Assembly (NCBI GenBank): GCA_963845755.1
Contig: CAWJTV010000011.1
Location: 704,001 to 768,000 of the forward strand
Origin: an uncultured Planctomycetota bacterium
GTDB taxonomy: Bacteria; Planctomycetota; Planctomycetia; Isosphaerales; Isosphaeraceae
DNA length: 64,000 nucleotides
Direction of reading: 5' to 3'
The notes beneath the pieces are model-generated. The model saw only the letters and a program-made list of their open reading frames with translations, had not been told where the DNA came from and ran no database searches. Both the position numbers and the translations under genes were made by a program. Shown here piece after piece: positions 20,378 to 31,500 of the stretch; within the stretch, counting starts at the first letter, position 1; each line of letters opens with the position of its first letter.

Positions 20378-22962
20378 GGAACACTCCCCAGCTTGACGCG
20401 ATTGACCGTGCCTTGCCCGATCGTCCTATCGGAAGGGTTCGGCGGCTTCCCCGGGCCCGTCCGCTGCTGCTTCTGGAACGGCGCCGATTCGATCACCCCC
20501 ACGACCAAGGCCATGGCGCGACCGTCTTCCGCCTCGATCCGCTCCACCAGTCGATCCACAGCGCCCACGTCAGAATAACCGAGACCGCGCCCGAGGGAAT
20601 ACGTGAGCAGCTTCTCGCTCACGCATCGGTAGAACTCGCGGCGATGGTCTTTGACCAGGATTCGTTTCAACTCGCGGACGTTCTGGAACGATTCGCCGGT
20701 GATCAGTCGTCCCGAGGCGTCGATCGGCACCTTCCGTTCCATCTCGCGCCACCGGCCCAGCGCGTCGAAGCTCTCCAGCGCCAGGCCCAGGGGATCCATC
20801 CGATTGTGGCAGGAGCTGCACAAGGCTTCCTTGCGATGCAACGCCAGCGCCTCGCGCAAGGTCGGACTCCGGCCCTGAATCTTCCGGACGGCGGCCTCCA
20901 GCGGCGGGATGTCCGGCGGCGGCGGGGCAGGGGGTGAGCCCAGGATATTATCCAGCAGGAACAGGCCCCGCTTGACGGGCGAGGTCCGATCCGGGTTCGA
21001 GGTGACGATGAGGACGGTCCCCTGGGTCAGCACGCCGCCGCGCGGACTTCCCGGCGGCAGGGAGACCTTGCGCATCGCGTCGCCCTTGACGCCGGGGATC
21101 CCATACTGTTTCGCCAGCGGCTCGTTCAGGAAGGTGTAATCCGAGTCGAGCAGCTCCAGCAGGCTGCGGTCGTTGTGCACGATGTACTCGAAGAGCATCT
21201 CGGATTCCCGGCGCATCGCGCGCCGGAGGTCGCGGGTCAGGTCGAACTCGCGGAAGCGGCGGAATCCCCGGAACAACGAGCTGCGGACCGTTTCGAGCTC
21301 CTTCTTCTCCGCGTCGGTGAGCTGGTCCGTGGGCTTGCCATTCAGCTCTCGAAATCGCGCCCGACGCCGGTCCGCCTCGGGGTCCGGCGCCGCGTCCCGG
21401 CCGATCACGGCGAACGCGTTGATCACGACGGTCTCGATGTCGCGCGCCTGGAGCCATTGGCCCACGAAGTTCCGGACGAATTCGTCCGACCGCGGGTCGG
21501 CGAGCATCCGCTTGACCTGCGCGGAGAGGTCCTTTCTCAGCCGATGTTCGCCGGCCAGGCGGAACAGCTCATCGTCGGGCATGGACGACCAGAGGAAATA
21601 CGAGAGCCGCGACGCCAGGGCATATTCATCAATGAGCGGATACCGTTCCGAGGAGCCTGGCTCGCTGTCCTCCTCGCGGAACAGGAACCTCGGCGATGCC
21701 AGGATCGCCGTGATCGCCTGGGCGATGCCGGCCTCGAACGTCGCCCCTCCCTGGGCGGACGCCCGCTCGGCGAGCGCCGCGAGCCGGTCGACCGTGGCCT
21801 CGTCCACCGGACGCCGGAACGCTCGGGTGGCGAACCGGCGCAGCAACTCGCGGGCATAACGACGGCGCTCCGAGACATCGACCGGCACGGCTCGGGGGAA
21901 GAACCGGCCGTAGGTCGGCGGCTGGGTCCAGTAGCGTTCCTCCAACGGCCCGCGCACGATCAGGCCATTGATCCGGATCGCCAGCGACCGGACCCGTTCC
22001 TTGGCCGGCGTCAGCGGCTGCACTTCGATCGACAGCTCATGATCGCCGGATTGCCAGGCTCGGTCGATTTCGAAGCGGTAGGTCCGGCCTTCTTGCCGCA
22101 CGAAATCACGCCGGAGGCGTTCCTGGCCATCCACCGTGAGGAGGACCCGACACTGGTTGTAGTCGTTGACGCCATCGACGTAGCGTTCGGTTGCCGACAG
22201 GTCCAGGATCAACCGGTAGTGGCCGGCATGCGCGGCCGCGAACGTGGTCGAGACCTTCGCCGACTCGTAATAGGGCAAGGAGAGCGGGCCTTCCTCGTTG
22301 CTGCCGGCGGCCGGGCTCCCGGCGCGGCGAAAGCGTTGACCGGCAATCGTCGTCTCCGTGACGGCGCGCGCCGACATGGGCACGGCTTGCGCGACGATGG
22401 ACCGCGACGCCAGGAGGTACTTCTCCAGCAACATGGGGGAGAGCGTGAGCACGTCACCGATGGTGTCGAACCCGTGCCCGGTGTCATCGGGCGGGAACTC
22501 GGCCGTGGTGTCGAAGTCGACGCCCATCAGCTCGCGAATCGTGTTGCGGTACTCGACCCGGTTGAGCCTGCGGACCGTGACCCGGCCGGGGTCGGGATCG
22601 TCCGGATCGAGCCCGAATGCCCCCGACTTGATCCAGTCCTCGAGGAGCTGCTGCTCCTTCTCCGACGGCCGCGGCTTGCCGGCCGGGGGCATGATGCCGG
22701 ACCGCACGTTCTTCAGCACGGCCCACCAGAACTCCCCGTCGTGAAGCCGGGCCCCGTCCGAGGCCAACCCATCGAGGGTCACGCCCCCTTTTTTCAACCC
22801 GTTGCCATGGCAGGCGAAGCAGTAGTCCTCGAGGATCGGCCGGACCTGCTGGTCGAATCGCGCCTCGACGCGGTCCGCGGCGCCTGCGGTGCGCAGCCAC
22901 GGTTGAAGGAGCGCGGCGAGGATGGCGGCATGACCGATCAGCCAGTACCGGGAAACTCTCAT
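20374..22962 (-). CDS. planctomycete cytochrome c plus PSD (DUF1587/1595/1592/1588/1585) protein
   Basis: CFACH and CSSCH CxxCH motifs, RRLNRVEYRNTIR, LASRLSYFLWSSMPD and TSPVKRG; ATGA overlap with the DUF1552 gene. Confidence 0.92.
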   Translation of the reverse strand: MRVSRYWLIGHAAILAALLQPWLRTAGAADRVEARFDQQVRPILEDYCFACHGNGLKKGGVTLDGLASDGARLHDGEFWWAVLKNVRSGIMPPAGKPRPSEKEQQLLEDWIKSGAFGLDPDDPDPGRVTVRRLNRVEYRNTIRELMGVDFDTTAEFPPDDTGHGFDTIGDVLTLSPMLLEKYLLASRSIVAQAVPMSARAVTETTIAGQRFRRAGSPAAGSNEEGPLSLPYYESAKVSTTFAAAHAGHYRLILDLSATERYVDGVNDYNQCRVLLTVDGQERLRRDFVRQEGRTYRFEIDRAWQSGDHELSIEVQPLTPAKERVRSLAIRINGLIVRGPLEERYWTQPPTYGRFFPRAVPVDVSERRRYARELLRRFATRAFRRPVDEATVDRLAALAERASAQGGATFEAGIAQAITAILASPRFLFREEDSEPGSSERYPLIDEYALASRLSYFLWSSMPDDELFRLAGEHRLRKDLSAQVKRMLADPRSDEFVRNFVGQWLQARDIETVVINAFAVIGRDAAPDPEADRRRARFRELNGKPTDQLTDAEKKELETVRSSLFRGFRRFREFDLTRDLRRAMRRESEMLFEYIVHNDRSLLELLDSDYTFLNEPLAKQYGIPGVKGDAMRKVSLPPGSPRGGVLTQGTVLIVTSNPDRTSPVKRGLFLLDNILGSPPAPPPPDIPPLEAAVRKIQGRSPTLREALALHRKEALCSSCHNRMDPLGLALESFDALGRWREMERKVPIDASGRLITGESFQNVRELKRILVKDHRREFYRCVSEKLLTYSLGRGLGYSDVGAVDRLVERIEAEDGRAMALVVGVIESAPFQKQQRTGPGKPPNPSDRTIGQGTVNRVKLGSVP

Positions 22963-23066
22963 GGAATCAGCGCCTCCGGAGGGAAGGACGAGGCGGGTCG
23001 GGTCGCTTCCGTCCCAGTATACTGCTTGTGATCGGCGACTCCACGGCTTTCCGGGAGGAAATCCGC

Positions 23067-26000
23067 TCAGCCGCGGGTCTCGTCGGCACCTGGCCCGGGG
23101 CTCGAAGTCTTCAAGTCCACCCCAGCCCAACCGAAGAATTCCGGGGCCTCGCGGCCTACGGTCGGCATCGCGCCGACGTCGTGCGCCCCGTGAGCCCAGA
23201 GGACACGGCCGGTGTCGAGATCCCAGAGCGCCGAGAGGCCGCAGGTGGACCAGTCGTCCTCGGTCCAGTGGGCGAACGGCTTGCTCCAGAGCTCGATGCG
23301 CAGGCAACAGGGCAAAGATACGGGGCACCCGGAATTGGGTCCGGAGCGCCTTCGCGTGACGGCGCCGGATCTCGTGCAAATCGGGGAACAGGAATGGGAC
23401 GACGCCTAGCGGAAAAACCCGACGGTCCGTCCTCCAAGTGGGACAATCGCGCCTCAGGGCGCCCAGCGGAATGGCCACCATGGGGAATGTCAGATCGTAG
23501 CCTTTGCGGACTAACGGTTCGGGGCATTCCCTTCTCGATCGCTGAAATGCACATTACGCCCGTCCTGCTCCAGTTCGAAGTCCACGAGTCCTGGGCCGGC
23601 AAGGATCGCGCCCCCGATTTGGCCCTTCAAAGAATCACACGCGAATGGCGGCCAGCTAGTCGACAGATCCGGTAGGAATGCTTGACTCATAAACGAGCCA
23701 GTGGAAAATTCAATATCAATGAGGTCGCGGGCGAGGTCGCGAGCGCGGGGGAGGGCGAGGTCGCGGTCGCGGGCGAGAGCGAGATCGCGGGCGAGGTCGC
23801 GGGCGAGGTCGCGAGCGCGGGGGAGGGCGAGGTCGCGGTCGCGGACGATGTCGCGGACGAGGGCGAGGGTGAGAGTGAGGGCGAGGTCGCGGTCGCGGGC
23901 GAGGTCGCGGGCGAGGTCGCGGTCGCGGTCGTGGGCGATAGCGAGGACGAGGTCGCGGGTGATCGACTGAAGTAACTTCGTAAATTGATATAAAATAATA
24001 TTATGAGATTCTGCCTTCCAGGACATCTCACAAGCGCACATCAGGTCAAAATGGCGTAACGCCGCCCGCGTTGGGCCTGGCCGCCCAATTCCCGTTTTCC
24101 AACGAAAGCCGGACGCCAGGTTCTTCCGCAGGCCAGGTCTGCGATCATCCAATGCAGCGCTCGGCGCTGCCAATCCTCGCCCGAAGAAAGCTTCCATCGT
24201 TTGTCCCCAACTCTCACGATCCGTCGGTGCGATCGTTCGTCTTCGATCGGCCGTGAGACCGGGAACCGCGGAACCGCGCAGATCGATCCAGACCCGGGTC
24301 CCGACGGCTGGCGCGATCTCCAATCGCGATCGAGCGATTTCGTCCCTTTCGACATTCATCCCCTGCACCACTACACGCGATCGCGCACCGCCCTCAAGCA
24401 GTGGTTCCACGAATGACGCCAATTCACCCTGTCGGCACAACTTCTTGCCCTCGTCCGCATCCACGGGCAGGTCCGGACCTTCCGGGGGTCGGTAATTGCG
24501 CGGGAACCACAGCCGGATGCGGCTACCGGTCGCCTCGGGCCCTTCACAGTCCTCCCAATCCCAGAAACCCCATTTGGGATCGCCAAGGAACGAGCTCGGA
24601 CACTCCCATTCCTTGGCCTTCTCGATGACCGCTTCTCGATTGATCGGCGCCAGCGTGTCGATATGGAAACGGTCGTCGATCCGAATGGCCGCTCCCCCGG
24701 GAACGCGAATCTCAATCGGATATCGGGGCCAGACGACATGAGCAGCGGCAATGAAGGGCGGACATCGATCACCCCAGCTCCTGGGTTGTATTGCTCTCCC
24801 CTCTCGTAACCGAAGTGATGTCGTAACGCCGGAAGGAACGCCTGTGCGTTGTGTTCGAGGCGGAATCGCGATTTGAGGAAGAGTTTGATCTCGGTTCCCT
24901 GGCGTTTCTCGTCGGAGCCAGAACAAACTTCCGGGACCGGAGATCGTGATGTCGCGCGGGGTGCGGTCGGTGTCGTTCGCACCGCCGGGGCAGGTGCGGA
25001 CCTCCAGGCGATCGGCAATCATGAAGCATGAGAGGATCCCGATGCCGAAGATCGAGATCGGGGACGTGATCAGGTTGGCGTTCCGCAACAAGGCCCGCTC
25101 CCGATGATAATCGGGACTGCGGTAGTAGCATCTTGCCGACCTGGGTGAAGAACCGTGTGATGACGTCCTCCGTCATCCCCACCCCATTGTCCTCCACCAG
25201 CAGGTACTCCTGACCCGAGGTCGCGTCGTGTCCCCAGGTCAGAATGACTTGCAGTGCTTCACTCGACAAGGAAGCGGATCGATCTTCTCGTGCGGCGTCT
25301 CGCCTCGTGCGAGCATCTTCAGTCGGAGATCTCGCAACTCCAGGGCATCGAGGGCATTCTGGAGGAGCTCGCGGAGGATGAAGGATGAGTCAGACGTAAG
25401 CGACTCACCCATCAGCAGCTTTTGGATCTCGTCCTGGTCGAGCTGGAAATTGAGGTCGCGGTACGTGTAGATGGGCCTACCATGCTCCTCTTTGGCCGTG
25501 ATGGTCAGCTCGACTTTGCGAGGCAGGTGAATCCCGTACCGCCAACTCCCCAGGTTTAGCAACGGGCCACGCTGCCAGTCGAGTTCCTCACGCACGTCGC
25601 GGATCTCGGTATCGATCGAGGAGACGAAATCGCGAATGCTTTTCTCGTAGACCGGGTGGTGGCATTGGTGTGCAGAGTACTCGAGCCGCGGTTCGCCGGA
25701 CGGGAGCGTTGCTAAATTCCAGCCGTTGATCGCGAGGTGTTTGTTCCACTCCTTCAGGCTGAACTGGCGTTTTCATCCTACATCCTTTCGCGGAGTGGCT
25801 GGGGTCAAGCCGAGTCGGCCGGCCGGAGGAGTAGCCCCGCAAAAGTCAGGTTGACCGCTCACCGCTACCAATCAGGACCGAGAAGCCGGTATCTTTCTTG
25901 ACCAATTGGTTCAGTCTGTAGCGCAGCCAGCCTGCGCCATGCCCATGGCTGGCGCCGATCAGCACCGGCCAGCGCTGATAGTCGATGCCCGCATAGGCGA

Positions 26001-26323
26001 ACAGGGATGCGTTGTTCGCGACATCCGGTGCTTTCATGGCATCGAGCCATCGATTGATCCGGCTCGTTGTGTCGTCGTCGGTGTGGGTGACGCGAATGTA
26101 CTCCGCGAGGATGTGCGTCTCGATGGCTTGCGGCTCGATCTCGGTCGCCCGGAGCATTGGACTGGCTCAACCGATCGATCTGCCGAACGTCTTCGCCGAA
26201 GCCGTCGCGGAACCGGAGATAGTGCTGTCGCTGGGTAGACTGGCTTTGAGCATCGGTAATGGCCTGGTGCTCTTCGACGGTGAACGCCATGCCCAGGTCA
26301 TGAGTGTACGCGGCCAGGAGTGC
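23067..26323 (-). pseudogene. fragmented HD-CE plus HSP90-like (GHKL) ATPase conflict-system protein
   Basis: Ordered fragments: LLAAYTHDLGM, EYIRVTH, SHG, VNLTFAGLLLRPAD, EWNKH, CHHPVY, LLMGE, LRELLQNALDA, EDNGVGM, FGIGILSCFM. Confidence 0.8.
23716..23965 (-). repeat. low-complexity coding repeat (RDLA/RDRDLAL), 12-bp core cgcgacctcgcc
   Basis: gcgggcgaggtc units repeated many times on the + strand, including a duplicated larger block. Confidence 0.9.
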
Positions 26324-26329
26324 CTCGGA

Positions 26330-27946
26330 GACGACGATCGGCACTCGGCGGCGACCCTTCGGGTGCCCGGAGGCCCGCGTCGAACGCAGGACGGAGGCCG
26401 CCTGAAGGCGGACATCCCGCAAGATGCGCGGAATCGGAGGTGGGATGTCCGGCTTCCGCCGGTCCGCCGGTCGAGGGATCGTGCCCGGAACGACCCGACC
26501 CGGCGACCCGCTGGGTTCGTTTTGCCAGTCCGAATGAGCCGACGGGGCCGTCGGTTCGTTTTGCGGATCGTGATGGCCGCCGCGCGCGGCACCCCAGAGC
26601 AGCAGGAGCATCGCCACCGAGACCAGGCCACCCAGAACCGGCAGCCTCTGACGAGGGATCTCCGGCGGGGGTCCCGTGGGTTCATCGCGGTCGGTCGGAA
26701 GCGGGACCGCCGGGGTCGTGGGTTCGTTTTGCGAGCTCGCGGGGTCGAGCGGCGGGCCCGCAGGCTCGGACGCGTGATCCGCAGGGTCGTCCGTTGGACT
26801 CGCGACCGTCTCGCGGGGCGCCGGCTCGGCGCCGGTCGAGTTGGCCGGAGTCGCCACTGGAGACGCCGGGGCCTCGGAATCGGGACACGATTCGGCTTCG
26901 GCTTCCGCTTCCACGCCCACGCCGGACTTGCGGACCTTGACGAGCGTATCAATACTGCGGCACAGCGACCGATCGCACGAGAACTCGTACCGGCGCAAGC
27001 GTTCGCCCTCGGCGCCGGGGTCGAACGACAGCCGGGCGGCCACGTCGTCAGCCTCGGCGCGGCGGCGATGCTCGGCGGCGATCGGCTCCAGCCGCGCGAT
27101 CGCCCGGTCGGCGACGCTCCGGAACGCGGCGATCGTCTCGGCTTCCGGCGCCGGCAGCCGCTCATCCAACTGCCGCAGCAGCCAGCGATCCCAGCGGTCC
27201 TCCCGCTCCAGGTCGAGGTCGTCCGGCACCGTGATGTCGGCACAGCACTGGAACGGATCCACGACCTTGTGGCAACCACTCCGGTCCAGCGGTCGTTTTC
27301 CCAGGAGGCGGACGGCATTGACCTGCTGCTCGTGCGACCAGGGGCGGCCCCTGTCGAGCTCGGCGCGGAGCTCGGCCCAGCGGTCGAGCAGCCATCGGCA
27401 GCCGGCGGCCGTCGATTCGAGCCGGAAGACGATGGCCTGGGGATGGTCGAGCAGGTCGAGGTGGCCGGGGCCCTTGGCCGAGTCCGGCCCGGTACCCAGG
27501 ACGTTGAGGATGTTCTCCATCAGGCCGGGTTCGGCGTCCTGGCCGCGTCCGCTCAAGAGCCAGAAGCCCAGCGCGACGGCCACTTCTTGCTCGCGCCGGG
27601 CCTCAGCCGCCGGGACCGAGGTGATGAGGTGGGCGAGCCGGGCGGCCTCGGCCCGATCGGCCCGTTCCAGCTTCCAGTGGGCGTGCACCGCGCGTTCAAT
27701 CAGGGCCTGTTCGATTTCCGAACGGGGCTGAACCTCGGCGGTCCAGGCGTTGAGCCGCGCCTGGAACGCCTGGGAATCCTCGCCGGGCAAGATGTGGGTT
27801 TTGGCGGTCATGCCGTGTTTGACGGCATTGAACTTCGACCGTTGCTTCCCTTGAGGCGTGGACGGCCCTTTACTCATACGGCCGTTACGCCGGCTGATCT
27901 CGGCTCGATCGAGTTTGGTCGCGGTCGTAGCGGTTGTGACGGTCAT
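26330..27946 (-). CDS. hypothetical protein with a GP.T..GK..S..NA.KHG N-terminus and QNEP repeats, read through in frame into the HD-CE remnant (ORF stop at 25865)
   Basis: SRRNGRMSKGPSTPQGKQRSKFNAVKHGMTA, FDPGAEGERLRRY and QNEP x3; the 3' boundary is approximate. Confidence 0.65.
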
Positions 27947-28131
27947 GATGCTGAGGCCCCGGTGCGCTGGCGACGGCCGTCGTGATCGTGCGGATGTCGA
28001 CTTCGATACCCTCCACTGGGTATGATCCGCACATCCCCGCTTTTAGTTGCATGAATTTTCTTGGATATGACATTTTTTGGGGCTTTACACCACCGGATTC
28101 TTGACGCAACCCGAAATGAGCCAACGACTTT

Positions 28132-28230
28132 AGTCTCGTCGCCAAGCTCTGGGTGGGAATGCCGTCTGGGACACTCCCGCGTCCACGCGCTCGGCGTGGG
28201 TCTCCTGACCCCGCCGCGAGCCGGATCGAA
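28132..28230. repeat. degenerate REP-like half elements
   Basis: ctcgtcgccaagctctgggtgggaatgccgtctgggacactcccgcgtcc resembles the element at 39453. Confidence 0.6.
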
Positions 28231-28310
28231 TTCTCGACTGTCAACGATCCGGATCGTTCGTGATCCATCGGAGTGGGAAGAGTTGCGTTCGTGCGGTCGT
28301 TGGGGGGTAA

Positions 28311-28376
28311 GACGCGGTTTCAAGAGGGGACAGGCACCTCGAAGACTCGGAGCCAGTCCCCTCTTGAAACCGCGTC
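28311..28376. mobile_element. 66-bp MITE-like element with a perfect 21-bp TIR and a TAA target duplication
   Basis: taa|gacgcggtttcaagaggggac...gtcccctcttgaaaccgcgtc|taa. Confidence 0.8.
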
Positions 28377-28592
28377 TAAGCGTACAAGGCCGTATGGAGG
28401 GATCCGACCGCCGGCACGGGAACGTCTGCGTCGATGTCCGCGCGGCACATGAGCGTGGACCGGCGAAGCGTGGCGCTCCGGGGCGGCGAGGAGCCAGCGT
28501 TCGCCGTCGAGGGATTCCCCACGTGCGAAGTCGCTCGGAACTCGGCCCGTCCGAGCATTTCGCACCGCGGGGCGATCCGAAAGCCGTCGCTT

Positions 28593-31500
28593 CTACCGGA
28601 CCCGATCGAGGGGCCCTCTCTCAAGGAGTGCATCGACGGCTCGAGCCGCGGGGCTGACACGTCCTGGCGTCGCCTGCCGCGTTCCCTGGACAGGATCGCC
28701 GGACCCCGAATGGACCGCCCGGTTCGACTTCACCTTCGGGGTCCTCGAGCCGAAGATCGGGCCGTTGACGTCTGCCCGGCCTGCCAGCATCTTCCCGGCG
28801 ATCCGGCCGACGTAATCACCCCCCGGCCGGCCGTCCTGATCGCCGTCGATCAGTTTGCCGGACCGATCGGTCAGGCCGTGCGGCCCGCTTCCAAGGATGA
28901 CGAGCCGATAGGGGCGGTGGAGGTTCAGTCGGGACTTGGTGTGCACCATCACGACCTCGGTGCTCGGGTCGTAGATGACCGACTCGATCGCGATGGGAGG
29001 ATCCGCTCTTCGGCCCGCACGCGGATCCCTGATGACGTAGTTGGCCCGGTTTGCCGCGCGCGCGGAGTCGAGCGCTCCGCTGAAGTTGATGACGAACCAC
29101 GTCGGCTGGGCGTGGAATCCAAAGCGCCGGACCCGCACGACCGTGGGCCCATCGACGACAGAGGGCGATCCGCTGGAATTCGGGCTCGAGCTGGTCGTCG
29201 AGGTCGACGTCGAACTGGAAGCCGCAACCGCATCGGTCCGCGTGGCGGTGTTCTTGACCGTGTTGGATTCGGTCTCGGCCGCGCCGACCTGGGCCGTGGT
29301 CGTGATCGAGCCCGCGGTTCTCGGCGTGACGACGACCGTCAGGACAGTGTGGGCATCTTCGGACACCTGACCCAGGTTGAATGTCAGGACGCCATCCACC
29401 GGCGCGACGTTGCCCGTCGCCCGGACGAAGTCCACACCGGGTGGCAGCGTGTCGGTCAGCGTCACCTGGGTGGCCGCGGCCGCGTCGCTATTGGTGACCG
29501 TGATCGTATAGGTCAGTTCTTGCCCGACTTTCACCGTTTCCGGGGCCTCGGCGATCGAGACGGACAGGTCTGGGACTTTCGTCGGAGGCGGTGCCTGGAT
29601 CGTGGTCTCGCGGCTCGTCGAGTTGTTCGACGTGTCGGGATCCGCCACGCTCCCCGAGATCGAGGCCGAATCGGTGAGCGTGCCGGCCGATGTCGGCGTC
29701 ACGACGATCGTCAGCGTCGTTTGAGCACCATTGGCCAGGGTGCCGAGCGCGAAGGTCAGCGTGCCATTGGCCGGCGTGACGCCGCCGGGGGCCGAGACGA
29801 AGGTTACTCCCGCGGGCAGGGTGTCGGCCACGGTCACATCCTGGGCCGCATCCGGACCGTGGTTGGTGACGGTCACCGTCTCGGTGAGGTTGCCGCCCAG
29901 CGTCAGCGGGTCGGGAGCGGCGGAGACGGCGACGGACAGGTCCGCTGAAGGGGTTGGCGGCGCTGTCGGCGCCTGGACCGTCGCCGCGCGGCTGTCGGAA
30001 TTGTTCGACGTGTCGGGATCCGTCACGCTCCCGGAGACCGAGGCCGAATCGGTGAACGTACCGGTCGCGGTCGGCGTCACGACGATCGTGACCGTCGTCT
30101 GAGCGCCGTCGGCCAGGGTGCCGAGCGCGAAGGTCAGCGTGCCATTGACCGGCGTGACGCCGCCGGTGGCCGAGACGAACGTCACGCCCGCGGGCAGGGT
30201 GTCGGTCACGGTTACGTCCTGGGCCGGATTGGGGCCGTGGTTGGTGACGGTCAGTCCATAAGTCAGGTGGCCGTCGCCCAGCGTCAGCGGGTCGGGAGCC
30301 GCGGTCACGGCGATGGTCAAATCGGCCGACGGGGCCTGCTCGGTCGTCGTGGCGACGGTTGCCGAATACTCCGAGGTATTGCCCGACGGATCGGTCGCCG
30401 TGGCCGCGACGAAGTTGGGGGTTCCGGTGAACGGGACGGTGAAGCTGCCGTTGCCGCTCGGGTCCGTCGGCACGTCGATGGAGCCCAGGAGTGTTTGACC
30501 CACTCCGCGGGCCGAAGAGTCGGCCGTACCATTGCCGAAGAACTCGATGTGAAACGTCGAGTTGGGCGTGCTGTTGAGCGTGCCGACGATGGTCGTGCTG
30601 TCGCCGACGATCGTGGCCGAGGTGATCACCGGGTCGTTCTGGAGGCCGTTGGGTCCCGTGTCGGAGTCGCCCGGGTCATTCGGTGTCGGTGAAATGCCGT
30701 TGCCGAGGCTGATGCCCAGGTAGCTGTTGTCGAAGAGGGAGTTGGAAAGGATGCTCGTCCCCTGGCCGCCAGAGCCGACGAGGACCCCGTCACGTTGATT
30801 ATTGGTGATGGTGTTGGAGAGGATGCTCGTCCCCTGGGAACTCGAGACGCCGATCCCGGCGAATTGGCTATAGGCGATGACGTTGCCCGCCCCGGCGGCA
30901 GAGCCGCCGACCGTGTTGCCGGACCCATTGATCCCGATGCCGTTGACGCCATTGCCCAGGGCGGCGCCCGAGGCGGTCGTTCCGATGAGATTCCCCTGGA
31001 CGAGGTTCGAAGACGTATTCGCGGCGGTTCCCGAGATCTCGATGCCATCCCCGCCGTTGCCCGAGATGATGTTGCGCGCCGCGGGCGTGGTTCCCCCGAT
31101 CGTATTGTTCGAGCTCTGGTTGATCAGCACGCCGTCATCGCCGAAGTTGGGCTGAGCGGTGGATCCCGAAGCGTCGGTGCCGATGAAATCTCCTTCGATC
31201 AGGTTGCCGCCGTTCCCGGACAAGCGGATCCCGACGCCCGAGTAGACACTGCGATTGATGACCAGCCCACGGACGACGGAGTTGCCGGCGGTGATCTGCA
31301 GCCCATAGCCGACCCCATCGAGCTCGATGAGCCGGACCGCATTGTCGCCGTTTGTCTGTGTATTGGGGCTGGCACCCGGCTGGGTGTAGCCGTCGATGAT
31401 CACCGGGTCGGTGATCGTCGGCAGGGCCGAGGCCAGGTCGATCGTTTGCACGCCCGAACCGGGGATGTTGAACGCGATCGTATCGGTGCCCGGCACGGTG

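Noticed and set aside
22963..23481. N-terminal extension of the 1035-aa cytochrome ORF
   Set aside because: A signal-peptide-like start at 22962 fits better; the upstream part appears to be the tail of the HD-CE/ATPase gene.
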